From: Planctomycetota bacterium
GTDB taxonomy: Bacteria > Planctomycetota > UBA8108 > SXIK01
Direction of reading: 5' to 3'
Assembly: GCA_965223265.1 (NCBI GenBank)
Contig: OZ244999.1
Coordinates: 3,648,001-3,712,000, forward strand
DNA: 64,000 nt
Positions 19,342 through 31,351 of the stretch are shown one piece after another. The translations under genes and the position numbers were made by a program. The notes beneath the pieces are model-generated. The model was given only the letters and a program-made list of their open reading frames with translations. It searched no databases and had not been told where the DNA came from. How positions within the stretch are numbered: position 1 is the first letter of the stretch; every line of letters begins with the position of its first letter.

Positions 19342-21054
19342 ATGCCAGTTCTCAAATTCGATAAACGCCTCAGGTCGATTCTCCTGAAGCGAAAAATCCT
19401 CGACGAAGACTCGCTCTCTGAGTCTATGCAGAAGGCCGAAGAGTCGGATTTCTCGCTGACGCAAGTTCTGATCGACAGCGAGAAGCTCGACCAGACGGAA
19501 CTTCTCACTGCACTCAGCGAAGAGACAAGCCTGCCGCCGATCGACGTCGAAAAGGTGCAGCCAGACGAAGTCTTATCGGGTCTCTTGCCTGAGAACCTCG
19601 CCAAGTACTACGGCGTCATCCCCGTAGCCAAGGTTGGTAACGTGTTGACGCTGGCGGTCTACAACCCTTTCGACATCCTTCAGCTTGATGACATTCAGAT
19701 CGTGACCGGCTGCGAAATTCGCCCTGTCATCTCCACGGAAGTCAGCATCCGTAACTGCATCCCTGAGCTCTACAACCGTGGCCAGAAGATGGTGAGCGAA
19801 CTTCTCGACAACATGGCAGAACCAGACGTCGAGGTCAAAGAACGCTCTGAGTCGGACGACGAGATCAGCACAGACGACGAGAATCAAGCGCCTGTCGTCA
19901 AACTCGTCAACCTGATCATCGTCGAAGGCATTAAGAAGAAGGCTAGTGATATTCACGTCGAACCTATGGAAAAGAGGGTTCGAGTTCGATATCGCGTCGA
20001 CGGCGTCATGCGTGAGGCAATGGCGCCTCCGAAGAAGATGATGAGCGCGATATCCAGCCGCGTAAAAATCATCTCCGGCCTAGACATCGCAGAGAAGCGA
20101 AAACCTCAGGACGGCAAGTTTCAAATCCGACTGGACGGTCGAAAGATCGACTTCCGAACCTCGATCCTCCCCTGTATTCATGGCGAAAAGATCGTCCTTC
20201 GTATCTTGGACTCCGGAAACCTTAGCCTCAGCATGGACATTCTCGGGTTCGAGAAAAAGTCGTTAAGTGACATCCGCGAGGCGATCGCCCAGCCGTACGG
20301 CATGCTGCTTGTCACGGGTCCAACGGGAAGTGGAAAATCAACAACGCTCTACTCGAGCATCAGTGAAGTGCTGTCCGAAGAGGACAACATCGTCACCGTC
20401 GAAGATCCTGTCGAATACGAACTCGACGGTGTCAACCAGGTGCAGGTCAGCGTCAAACGTGGCCTCACTTTCGCGTCGGCGCTTCGATCCATCCTGCGCC
20501 AGGACCCGGACACGATACTCATTGGAGAAATTCGTGACCTGGAGACGATTGAGATCGCAGTAAAGGCTGCCCTCACCGGTCACTTGGTCTTCTCGACGCT
20601 ACACACCAACGACGCGCCTTCGACGATCACTCGTATGGTCGATATGGGGATTGAGCCGTTTCTTGTGGCGTCGTCGGTCGTGTGCGTCTGCGCGCAGAGG
20701 CTGGCGAAAAAAATCTGTCAAGATTGCCGTAAACCGTTGGAAGCCATGCCGACAAAGGAGCAGCTCCTAGAAAGCGGCTTCTTAGAGGAAGATTTCACCG
20801 ACGACTTTGCATTGTACGAACCGCAGGGTTGTTCTCGATGCGAGAAGGGATACAAGGGTCGCTTCGCCCTCCTCGAGACGATGCCACTCGATGACTCCCT
20901 ACGACGCGTGATCATACGTGGTGGAACAGCAATCGACATTAAGGACGAAGCCATGAAGCAGCAAATGCTGACGCTGCGACGCGTTGGGCTGCTAAATGCG
21001 ATGCGCGGAAAAACATCCATTCAAGAAGTGCTTAGAGTAACCATGGGAGACTGA
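19342..21054 (+). CDS. pilB: type IV pilus assembly ATPase PilB (GspE family)
   Basis: N-terminal GspE domain, ASDIHVEP, GPTGSGKSTT, TVEDPVEY, LRQDPD, CQDC/CSRC Zn site, GYKGR. Confidence 0.95.
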   Translation: MPVLKFDKRLRSILLKRKILDEDSLSESMQKAEESDFSLTQVLIDSEKLDQTELLTALSEETSLPPIDVEKVQPDEVLSGLLPENLAKYYGVIPVAKVGNVLTLAVYNPFDILQLDDIQIVTGCEIRPVISTEVSIRNCIPELYNRGQKMVSELLDNMAEPDVEVKERSESDDEISTDDENQAPVVKLVNLIIVEGIKKKASDIHVEPMEKRVRVRYRVDGVMREAMAPPKKMMSAISSRVKIISGLDIAEKRKPQDGKFQIRLDGRKIDFRTSILPCIHGEKIVLRILDSGNLSLSMDILGFEKKSLSDIREAIAQPYGMLLVTGPTGSGKSTTLYSSISEVLSEEDNIVTVEDPVEYELDGVNQVQVSVKRGLTFASALRSILRQDPDTILIGEIRDLETIEIAVKAALTGHLVFSTLHTNDAPSTITRMVDMGIEPFLVASSVVCVCAQRLAKKICQDCRKPLEAMPTKEQLLESGFLEEDFTDDFALYEPQGCSRCEKGYKGRFALLETMPLDDSLRRVIIRGGTAIDIKDEAMKQQMLTLRRVGLLNAMRGKTSIQEVLRVTMGD

Positions 21055-21057
21055 TCG

Positions 21058-22326
21058 ATGGCGATCTTTAGTTACAAGGCTGTAAAGCCTGGTGGTGAGC
21101 GCTCCAACGGCACCATCGACGCGCAAACAGAGTCCGAGGCGGTCGGTGAACTCCGACGCCAAGGTCTGGTCGTGGTTTCGATCGCCAAGGGGGGCGGCGG
21201 ACGCGGGGCGAAGTCGTCGCGTGCGAAGGGTGCGAAGCGCTCGGGTGCAACGGGCGTGAAAGCCGCCTCGGTCAGCAGCAAACGCGTCCGAGTCAAGAGC
21301 GAAGACATGGTTGTCTTCACTCGGCAGCTATCGACGATGATCAGCTCCGGTATTCCGCTGGTTGAGTCGATTGATATCCTCGGCGAGCAGAACGAGAATC
21401 CCGGGTTCAAGTCGGTACTGCTAGAGGTTTCGGAACACGTTCGTGCCGGTAAAGATCTCTCTCAGGCACTTTCAGCGCATCCGCGCGTGTTCCCCAAGAT
21501 CTACATCAACATGGTGAAGGCCGGCGAGGCCAGTGGTCAGCTCGATATCGTGCTGACTCGACTTGCAGAGTATCAGGAAGCTGCGGAACAGCTGCGCTCT
21601 GAAATCAAGTCGGCGATGACCTATCCAGTCGTCTCCCTGTTTCTCGTGCTTGGCATTACGGTCTTCCTCCTCGTCTTCATCATCCCGAAGTTCGAGGACA
21701 TGTTCAATTCGATGAACGTAGAGCTTCCTGCGATCACTAAGGGGCTCCTGGCAACCAGCTTGTTTCTACAAGAGAACTTCCTGGTCGCCTGTCTCGCGAT
21801 CGTCTCGATGGTCGTCGGAATCGTGATGTACTTCAAAACAGAGAGAGGGGCATATACCGCCGATTGGATAGTCTTAAATCTGCCAATCTTCGGAAAGTTG
21901 TTCTCGAAGGTCGCGATCTCGCGATTCGCGCGAACTTTCTCGACGCTGATTCAGAGCGGCGTTCCGATCCTCGGCGCCCTCGAGATCGTGTCTGAGACTT
22001 GCGGTAACAGGATCTTCGCCAACGCAATCAATGCGGCAAGCGAAAGCGTACGGCAGGGTGAGACCCTCGGCGACCCCTTAGCGGAGAGCGGAGTGTTTCC
22101 ACCCATGGTCACGAAGATGGTGTCGATCGGTGAGAAGACCGGCGCTCTTGAGCAGCTGCTGGAGAAGATCTCGGACTTCTACGACCAGCAGGTGAAGACT
22201 ACGGTCGAAAGTCTAACGTCACTGATCGAGCCGGTCATGATCGGCGTCATGGGCTTTCTGGTCGGCGGAATGGTCCTCGCGATCTTCCTGCCGGTGTTCA
22301 AGATGGTCGGATCCCTCGGAGCCTAA
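21058..22326 (+). CDS. pilC: type IV pilus platform protein PilC (GspF family)
   Basis: FTRQLSTMISSGIPL, AGEASGQLD, AMTYP, IGEKTGALE, LIEP motifs. Confidence 0.95.
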   Translation: MAIFSYKAVKPGGERSNGTIDAQTESEAVGELRRQGLVVVSIAKGGGGRGAKSSRAKGAKRSGATGVKAASVSSKRVRVKSEDMVVFTRQLSTMISSGIPLVESIDILGEQNENPGFKSVLLEVSEHVRAGKDLSQALSAHPRVFPKIYINMVKAGEASGQLDIVLTRLAEYQEAAEQLRSEIKSAMTYPVVSLFLVLGITVFLLVFIIPKFEDMFNSMNVELPAITKGLLATSLFLQENFLVACLAIVSMVVGIVMYFKTERGAYTADWIVLNLPIFGKLFSKVAISRFARTFSTLIQSGVPILGALEIVSETCGNRIFANAINAASESVRQGETLGDPLAESGVFPPMVTKMVSIGEKTGALEQLLEKISDFYDQQVKTTVESLTSLIEPVMIGVMGFLVGGMVLAIFLPVFKMVGSLGA

Positions 22327-22659
22327 CGATTACGCAGCAGGAGAGTTACTCGGGCGAAATATCGAATCGCTCGCTTGCGGTTTCGGATCGCGTCAACGTC
22401 CCTTGACGATGTCACTTGTCCGGAAACGAAGAGCTCGGCGTTCTTCGGCTCGAATCAACTCTCCAGCGAGTCAGCAAGGCTCTTTCATCAAACCGAGCAG
22501 AAAAAGTGACGCCACCGAGGCGGTGAGGCCACCATCTCACCGCCTCGGCGACGGTTAACGTAGAACGTGACCTTTCGGGGTTGCTCAATGGGCTGTTCAA
22601 GCCACGGGTGGTTGCCACCGTCACGCCCGAGCGATCTCGTGTCAACTGGGAAGGCACAC

Positions 22660-24386
22660 ATGACGGCCCCCCGCGCAGAAGCTGAAGAACTAAGAGACGA
22701 GAACCTGGCGCGCAATTACCGCCACTTTCTCTTCTTTCGGCTTCTCGTCGTAGTCTACGGATACGGCATCGTCGCCGTCAGTGCTTGGCGGGACTTGCTT
22801 GTGTTTGACGGCGTCGGGGTCTGGATCCACACCGTTCTCGCGTTCTATCTCGCGATCTCCGTCACCTTATTCCTTCTACGCCGTCGATTGAGCCGGTCGT
22901 ATCGAGCGATCACCCTCCAAGTCGCGATCGACGTCTTGCTCCAGTCCGCACTGATCTGCACGAGCGGGGGGGTGACGAGCGCGTTTAGCCCTGTGCTCCT
23001 GGTGACTCTGGCCGCCGCGTCTGGGCTTCTGCTCGCACGAGAACTCTACATCTTGGCGTCCGTCGCCGCGATTCTGTTGACGACGAACACTTTGTTCCAC
23101 AGCTTCGAGCTTCCTGCGGCGGGCAACTCGAATGCCGGCGTTTCAAGCCAACGATTCGAACCGGTGTACCTCCTCGCCAGCGTCGCCGGCCTCTACATGA
23201 TCTCTGTTCTCGGCTCGCACTACGCCCAGCGCCTGAAAGGCGTCGTAGGGTTTCAACGAGAGATCCTGGAGAACATGGGCGAAGGCTTGATCGCCGTCGA
23301 CGCTCAGAATTGCGTACTCGGAGTCAATCGTGAGGCGCGCATACTTCTCGGAATCGATTTGAGTGAAACTGAATGCATCGGCCGCCCACTCACTGAGTTA
23401 GTGCGGCGGGAAAAATGTCCAGCCGTAGTTGATGCACTCGAGAAGGACGGGAAGCAGAGACTCGAGACGGGCGTCACGATCCACGGCGAGCTGCACGAGA
23501 TCGAAGTTCGAGTGTCTCAGGTCCGGGATGAGCGCGGGGAGATCCGCTGCCGGATGGCACTGATCAGCGACCTAAAGCTGCAGCGCGAGATGGAGGTCGC
23601 AGAGAAACGCATCCAGACACTCGAAGACCTTCAAGTGATGGCACTCGGGATAGCGCACGAGATACGCAACCCTTTGGCGTCGATCAGAGGGTGTATCCAG
23701 GAAATCAGTCGTTCCGAGATCACGGGTGACCAGATGGGGAGGTACATGTCGATCGTCTGCCGCGAGTCAGACCGTCTCGACGAGATTCTAGAGCAGTTCT
23801 TACGCTACGCACGCCCCGACTGCGCCACATTCGTCCCCACTGATGTAGCAAGTGTTTTGACCGAAGCCGTCGTGCTCCTTCGCAGCCGTGAAGGCATCGG
23901 CAATCGACGCGTTGTCTGGGAACCGCCTGAGCAGAAGATGAGAGTGCTCGGCAACCGCAATCAACTCGTGCAGCTAGCGCTCAACCTGGGACTCAACGCG
24001 ATCGACGCAACATCTCCCGAATCGGGGACCGTGGAGATATCTCTCCGTTCGGTAGAGTGCTCAAAAGTAGCTCCGTCCGGGTCCACTCCCGTGCCAGCGG
24101 TTGAGATCGAGTGGAAAGACAACGGCGTCGGACTCGGCGATCAGCCGTCGGAGAATCTCTTCACTCCGTTTTTCAGCACCAAGGAGTCAGGTAGTGGCCT
24201 CGGCCTCTCGATCGCCGCTCGAATCGTCCGAGCTCACCGTGGAACTATCGAGGCGTTAAGCGACAGATCCAGCGGTGCAGTGTTTCGAGTTCGTCTGCCG
24301 TTGATCGTCAAAACCTCTCCCCCGTCGATGGTGTTTCAGGACTCGCGCACGAATCAAGGAGTAGCGGCGTCATGTCTGACGGAAGC

Positions 24387-24390
<4 letters not shown>
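22660..24390 (+). CDS. pilS: sensor histidine kinase, PilS-like
   Basis: About 6 TM helices, PAS-like region, IAHEIRNPL H-box, NLGLNAIDA, DNGVG, PFFSTKESGSGLGL; located between pilC and the sigma54 regulator. Confidence 0.85.
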
Positions 24391-25814
<1,424 letters not shown>

Positions 25815-25957
25815 CTTAACAGCCTGATCACTTTCCCTCGAGACAAGGATACAGCACCGCGGAAACTGACCGTCACCGCGGAAGCCTTGGCGTGACGGCC
25901 GGCGCTTCAGCCTCAAAGCCCCACACTTGAGAGGCGATTCCCGCCGATAAGGCGACT

Positions 25958-27973
25958 ATGAATCGTACCGCTCGTTCACTGCCCAATTGGGCATCCCTTC
26001 TTCTCATCGGGTGGAGCATCGTCATCATCGTCCTGTTTTTAGGGCAGATGCGGCGATTTCTCGGAACGTCTCTCGACACGGCAGCGACCGTTGGCTTGGG
26101 GGGGCTCACGGTATACATCGCCTGGCTCACCGGCTTTCGGATCTGGCGGGCATGCAAAGGCCCAGAGGTTCCAGCACCCCTAGAAGCCTCGCTGTACGAA
26201 GTGGGCTTGGGTGCCCTCGCCCTTGTCGCCGCCGTCTTCTGCATGGGGTGCGTGCAGCTTTACACCCCCGTGGCAGCCTATTCTCTGCTCGCCGTGCTCC
26301 TCCTGGCACCCCATCGCCGATTCTGGAGCCACCAGCGCAGTCGTTGGGGCAGTGGGGACGGCACCGGTTCGCGTCGCCTTACAGAGCGCCGTACGGAGCC
26401 ACGTTTCGCGCTCCTTCTCCTGGGCGTCGTTAGCGCACTCACTCTGATCCATAGCCTCACGCCGCCGACGTCTCAGGACGCTCTCGTCTACCACCTCAGC
26501 ATCCCAGCCAAGTACTTGAGCGCTGGCGGTTTCTATAACATCGAAGGGAACTTCTTCGCCCACTTTCCGCACAACGTAGAGATGCTGTTCATCCTCGGGC
26601 TGCTTCTCAAGGGCGCGGAACTCGCGAAGCTGTATCACTGGTGCTTTGGCGTTTGGGCCGCGCTGACGGCTGCCGCCCTGACACACCGCCTTTCTCGGCG
26701 TGGCTCAGGACGCCTCGCCGCGACACTTTTCGCAACCATCCCCACAACGGCGCTCATCGCCGGGTGGGCGTACGTCGATCTCGCGGTCGTCTTCTTCACG
26801 CTCCTCAGTGTGATCGCGTTCGTTCGTTTCTGGCAAAACAACCGAGACAGTTGGCTCATCGTCGCAGCGACCTTTGCGGGGGCGGCGGCAGGCTGCAAGT
26901 ACACAGCTGGTCTGCAAGGCTTAGTTCTCATTGCAGGCGTCGTCGTGCTCGCCGGCCTGACGCGAAAGTCGATACGCTGGGCGCTGTCTCGTGGCGCATT
27001 CGTCTGTGGCATCGTAGCACTCCTGGCGGGTCCCTGGTGGCTGAAGAGCTACCTCTACACCGGCAACCCGATTTACCCCTTCGCGTTTCAATTCTTTGGC
27101 GGTGAAGGGTGGGATGCGGAGCGCAGCGCGGTTCTTAGCCTGGCCATGCAGGAGTGGGGAGGGGCTCGCGATCTCGTCTCAACCCTTTTGCTTCCGTGGC
27201 GTTTGACGATGGAGGCAGATTTTTTCTCTCAGGCAAATTTCGACGGCGTCATCGGCTGCGCGTTTCTGATCGGCGCACCGTTGCTTCTCGCCGGCGCGAT
27301 ACTGTCGCCACGCCATCGCTTGGTGTTGGCGATCGCCGTTGTTCACTTCGCCGTTTGGGCGGTTCTCACGCGACAGATTCGTTTTCTCTTACCATGCCTC
27401 TGCATGCTCTCCGCCGTCATGGCGGCGACACTGAGTTGTTGGCCGTCGCAGAACCGTGTGCGCAGATCGGTCGCTGCAGCTCTTCTCTGCGCGTCGACCT
27501 TCAACGTCCTCATGATGGCGGCGAACTTCGCGGCGCACCGCCCGCTCGGGGTCGTCCTCGGTCTCGAGAGTCGCGACAGTTACCTTCAGCGTGAGATCCC
27601 CGGTGGCGACTTCGCCACCTTCACGTATATCAATTCCCACTTACCCGTCGACAGCTACATTCTCTTTGCTTCGCTCGGCAATCCAGGTTTTCTCTGCGAC
27701 AGAAAGTACTACAGCGATGCGTTCTTTGAGAATCATACACTGAAACAGATCCTCGCGCGTTCTGACACTCCCGACGATGCCTACCTCGACTTACGCCAAC
27801 GAGGTTTCACGCACGTTCTCTTCCGTTTCGACTGTGTCTTGGATCCTTCTGGAAGAAAAAGCGACATCCCCATCCATGACCAAGAGGAGTTCGCGAACCT
27901 ATTGAACGAGTATGCGCAGCTCCTCCACACGAGCTCGGGAACGTATCTGTACCAGCTCCACTTCGAGCCCTGA
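25958..27973 (+). CDS. polytopic membrane protein, probable GT-C fold (ArnT/PMT-like) glycosyltransferase
   Basis: Many TM helices, PPTSQDALVYHL, AYVDLA, GCKYTA, TGNPIYPF, RFLLP; C-terminal periplasmic domain. Confidence 0.7.
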   Translation: MNRTARSLPNWASLLLIGWSIVIIVLFLGQMRRFLGTSLDTAATVGLGGLTVYIAWLTGFRIWRACKGPEVPAPLEASLYEVGLGALALVAAVFCMGCVQLYTPVAAYSLLAVLLLAPHRRFWSHQRSRWGSGDGTGSRRLTERRTEPRFALLLLGVVSALTLIHSLTPPTSQDALVYHLSIPAKYLSAGGFYNIEGNFFAHFPHNVEMLFILGLLLKGAELAKLYHWCFGVWAALTAAALTHRLSRRGSGRLAATLFATIPTTALIAGWAYVDLAVVFFTLLSVIAFVRFWQNNRDSWLIVAATFAGAAAGCKYTAGLQGLVLIAGVVVLAGLTRKSIRWALSRGAFVCGIVALLAGPWWLKSYLYTGNPIYPFAFQFFGGEGWDAERSAVLSLAMQEWGGARDLVSTLLLPWRLTMEADFFSQANFDGVIGCAFLIGAPLLLAGAILSPRHRLVLAIAVVHFAVWAVLTRQIRFLLPCLCMLSAVMAATLSCWPSQNRVRRSVAAALLCASTFNVLMMAANFAAHRPLGVVLGLESRDSYLQREIPGGDFATFTYINSHLPVDSYILFASLGNPGFLCDRKYYSDAFFENHTLKQILARSDTPDDAYLDLRQRGFTHVLFRFDCVLDPSGRKSDIPIHDQEEFANLLNEYAQLLHTSSGTYLYQLHFEP

Positions 27974-28044
27974 GCCCGCCCGATGCCGATTGGCACGGTG
28001 GGTCTTGATCTCAACATCGGCAATCGGTGCCGATCGCGCCCGAG

Positions 28045-28365
28045 TCAGCGGATCCGGAAATTGCCGCTGTCGTCGCCCTGTGAATCCTCCCAATGCGGCT
28101 CGATGCGGTCGACTCGCGCGGCTGGAGGACCACGTTTGCTCCAGCGCAGCAATTCTTTCAGATCTGAAGCTGGCCCCTCAGCAACCCACTCGACGCGACC
28201 GTCGGGTAGGTTCCGAACCCACCCGGCCAAACCGAGCCGCTCGGCTTCGTCTCGAGTGTACATGCGGAAGCAAACCCCCTGGACGACTCCGGAGATATAG
28301 ACGTGGAGGCGTGCCGTTTCGCTACTCTGGCGCTGTCGAGAAGTCTCCTGCCCTGCGTCACCCAT
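28045..28365 (-). CDS. acyP: acylphosphatase
   Basis: ISGVVQGVCFR, GWVRNLPDGRVE, GPPAARV; start uncertain. Confidence 0.9.
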   Translation of the reverse strand: MGDAGQETSRQRQSSETARLHVYISGVVQGVCFRMYTRDEAERLGLAGWVRNLPDGRVEWVAEGPASDLKELLRWSKRGPPAARVDRIEPHWEDSQGDDSGNFRIR

Positions 28366-28593
28366 TTGTTCACTCGGCTCCTTCTTGTCTTCCCTCTGCC
28401 GCCTGCGAGATGCGATCATGGTGCCACTGCGCGAGGCCGAACGCAAACTCGCTCTGCGCGGCAGAATTCCCGGACGCTTGATGGTCGAAACGAAATCGCC
28501 AAGCTCGAGTTCATCGAGCTTGCGCCAGGAAGATCGTGTGTCTCAGCGGACAGAGAAGAGTCATTCGCATTAACGTTCCCAGAGTAGAGTTTC

Positions 28594-29643
28594 ATGACCG
28601 GCGGTGTTGACGCGGAGACCCTGAGACGACGCCTTCACGAAATCGGCTTCGACGCTGTCGGCTTTGCCGCCGCCAACCAGGCCGCCTCGAGCGATCGTTT
28701 CAAGAGCTGGCTGAAGCAAGGCTTCGCCGGCAGCATGGACTATCTCTCTCGACGCATCGAGCGACGGCTGGACCCACGCGAAGTCGTCAAGGGTGCAAAA
28801 AGCGTCATCGTCACGGCCAATCACTATCATGACGGGAAGCGGTTTGGCATCGCGTCAGCACGATCCGATGTCGCGGAAATCGCCTCCTACGCAAGGGGCG
28901 ACGACTACCATCGCGTGATCGAAAAACGGCTCAAACTCGCCGTCGCGGCCATCTCCGAGATGAGCTCCGGAAGCTCTAGCCGCTACTACGTTGACACTGG
29001 CCCGGTCCTCGAACGCGACTGGGCCGAGATGGCCGGAATCGGTTGGGTGGGCAAAAACACCTGCACGATCCAAGCCGGCCAGGGTTCGTTCCTATTCCTC
29101 GGCGCTGTCATCACCACGCTCGCCATCCCTCCCGATCGGCCGGCGCCCAACCACTGCGGCACATGCAACCTTTGCATCGAGGCATGTCCGACCGACGCCT
29201 TCGTAGGACCCTACGAACTCGACGCAAGGCGCTGCATCTCCTACCTCACGATTGAGCACCGCGGCGATCTCGACGAAGCCCTGGAGCCGCAGATCGGCTC
29301 CCTAGTCTTTGGATGCGATATCTGTCAGGAGGTATGCCCTCACAATCGTCCGCAGCACCTTCGCGGCGACGGCGAGCTCGCGTCGAGACCCGAGAATGTC
29401 TGGCCGGATCTCGTCGAGCTGTCAGAGCTCACGGAGGAACGCTTTCGCGAGCGTTTTCGCGGCAGCGCCGTCAAACGCGCGAAGTTCTCGGGTTTTCTTC
29501 GCAACGTGATCATCGCTCTCGGCAACTGCGGCACCGAGCGTTGCTACTTGGCACTCGAACGACTTCGGGCTCGGGAGGACGTCCGTGCTAGTAACGTTTT
29601 GTTGAGTACACTCGAGCGCGCGTTGAAGAGAAGCAGCAGATAA
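28594..29643 (+). CDS. queG: tRNA epoxyqueuosine(34) reductase QueG
   Basis: YARGDDYH, YVDTGPVLER, GWVGKN, CGTCNLCIEACPT, RCISYLTIE, FGCDICQEVCP. Confidence 0.95.
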   Translation: MTGGVDAETLRRRLHEIGFDAVGFAAANQAASSDRFKSWLKQGFAGSMDYLSRRIERRLDPREVVKGAKSVIVTANHYHDGKRFGIASARSDVAEIASYARGDDYHRVIEKRLKLAVAAISEMSSGSSSRYYVDTGPVLERDWAEMAGIGWVGKNTCTIQAGQGSFLFLGAVITTLAIPPDRPAPNHCGTCNLCIEACPTDAFVGPYELDARRCISYLTIEHRGDLDEALEPQIGSLVFGCDICQEVCPHNRPQHLRGDGELASRPENVWPDLVELSELTEERFRERFRGSAVKRAKFSGFLRNVIIALGNCGTERCYLALERLRAREDVRASNVLLSTLERALKRSSR

Positions 29644-29683
29644 CGAAGCGAGTTGGATGCGCGTCGGCTCTCGTGAAGCGGAC

Positions 29684-31057
29684 TCACAGCATACCGAGGG
29701 CTGCCATGCCGATCAGCAAGACCCCGAGCGACAGAAGCGGCACGACCACCGTGACGACCGCCGTGTCCCAGTACGCGTCGCGGTGCTTCAGCCCCATGAT
29801 CGTCAGCGTCGTGATGATCGCACCGCAGTGGGGGAGTGAGTCGAGTCCTCCTGCAGCGATGGCGACGATGCGGTGGAGCACCTCCGGATCGACACCCGCC
29901 TCGAGGTAATGCGGCGCAAGCGACTGAGCAAAGATGCCGAGGCCACCGATCGCGGAACCGACGATCCCTGACATGACATTGACGGATACAGCCGCTGAGA
30001 CTGTCGGAGCCAACCCAGAGTCGAGCATGACATCGGTGAAGCTGGAAAAAATCTCCGTTCCTTTGACGACGCCACCAAAGCCAATGATCACGCCGGTGTT
30101 GATCAGCGGCAGAACCGCGCTCTCAGCGCCGCGGCCAAGCACCGCTACCGGAGATGAAATGTAGCGCCTGAGTAGAACCAATGTCGTCACCGTCGCCAAA
30201 ACCATGGCGAACGTCGTCCACATCGTCGTCGAATCTCTCTGAAAGCGCAGCAACTTCCCGACGACACCCTCACCCTCGACTAAACTCGGCGCGCACGTGG
30301 ACACCAGCTGAGGCCCGATAATCGTCACCAGGACGACGACCATCGGTGCGGCGGCGAGAGGCCATGGCGGCAGAGACGTCGACTCTCCCTCTTCTGGGAG
30401 CACGTCTGTGATCGCTGCCACGAAGCCCTCACCGCGTGCCACCGCGCGTCGCCTCGAGAACTCGAGATACGTCAAACCGAAGGCCAACATCAGCACCGCG
30501 GCAACGATCCCGAGCACCGGCCCGGCCAAAAGCGACGTCTTCAGCGAGTCCGCCATGAGGACGTTGTGCAGCGAGGGCGACCCTGGCAGCGCAGTCATCG
30601 TGAACGTGCCAGCTCCGAGCGACGTTGCCGCCATAAACAACCGTTTCGGGATGTTCGCCTGACGCATGAGACCCAACCCGAGCGGATAGACGGTGAAGAT
30701 GACAATGAAGACGTTGACGCCGCCGTAGGTCAAGAGAGCGCACACGACGACGCCGGTGAGGAGGGTTCGCTCCGGTCCGAACATGGCACCGAGTCGCGAC
30801 GAAACCGATAGCGCCGCTCGGCTCTCCGCCATGACCCGTCCGAAGACGGCGCCGCTGACAAAAAGGAGGAAGAAATGGCCGACGAAAGAGACAAGCGCGG
30901 TGCTGTAGTCTTCGCTAAGACTCGAGGCAAGAGCCTTGCCGTTGGTGAGCGCAACCAGCGCCGCACACAACAGCGAGGCGATGATGACGTTCACGCCACG
31001 CAGCGCGAAGACGATCAAGAGAAGGACAGCAGCGATCACACCTATGTTGCCGAGCAT
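29684..31057 (-). CDS. GntP-family permease (H+/gluconate-type symporter)
   Basis: LLTYGGVNVF, TFTMTALPGSP, GSAIGGLGI, LHRIVAIAAGGLDSLPHCGA. Confidence 0.88.
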   Translation of the reverse strand: MLGNIGVIAAVLLLIVFALRGVNVIIASLLCAALVALTNGKALASSLSEDYSTALVSFVGHFFLLFVSGAVFGRVMAESRAALSVSSRLGAMFGPERTLLTGVVVCALLTYGGVNVFIVIFTVYPLGLGLMRQANIPKRLFMAATSLGAGTFTMTALPGSPSLHNVLMADSLKTSLLAGPVLGIVAAVLMLAFGLTYLEFSRRRAVARGEGFVAAITDVLPEEGESTSLPPWPLAAAPMVVVLVTIIGPQLVSTCAPSLVEGEGVVGKLLRFQRDSTTMWTTFAMVLATVTTLVLLRRYISSPVAVLGRGAESAVLPLINTGVIIGFGGVVKGTEIFSSFTDVMLDSGLAPTVSAAVSVNVMSGIVGSAIGGLGIFAQSLAPHYLEAGVDPEVLHRIVAIAAGGLDSLPHCGAIITTLTIMGLKHRDAYWDTAVVTVVVPLLSLGVLLIGMAALGML

Positions 31058-31092
31058 TCCGTCGGGTCTTACCGCATGAGGCTGCGGCGGTC

Positions 31093-31148
31093 AACAGCCT
31101 GTTGAAAAACTCATCCAGCCGAGGTTCTGGCCACTTCGCGCCCAAATC
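31093..31148 (-). repeat. half copy of the palindromic MITE-like element
   Basis: aacagcctgttgaaaaactcatccagccgaggttctggccacttcgcgcccaaatc matches the reverse complement of the right arm of 62569-62739. Confidence 0.7.
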
Positions 31149-31351
31149 GATCGTTTGCTGGCGGGCGTGGCACTCGGCATCGGACACGCGCCGCAGCGAA
31201 ATCGGCGCCGTCACAGCGCCGAATCGTCGGGGCATTCAAACCGCCACTGGTGCGAATTCCAGAAATGTCTGTCCTCGATCGTCCGGCCGTACGGTTGAAG
31301 GGGAAGAGTTGATTCCCCGATCTGAACATCGACCGTATCCGGAGGACGTCC

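Noticed and set aside
25815-25957. sigma54 promoter or pilin gene downstream of pilR
   Set aside because: No convincing TGGCAC-N5-TTGC box or prepilin motif; the region looks like a decayed copy of the palindromic repeat.
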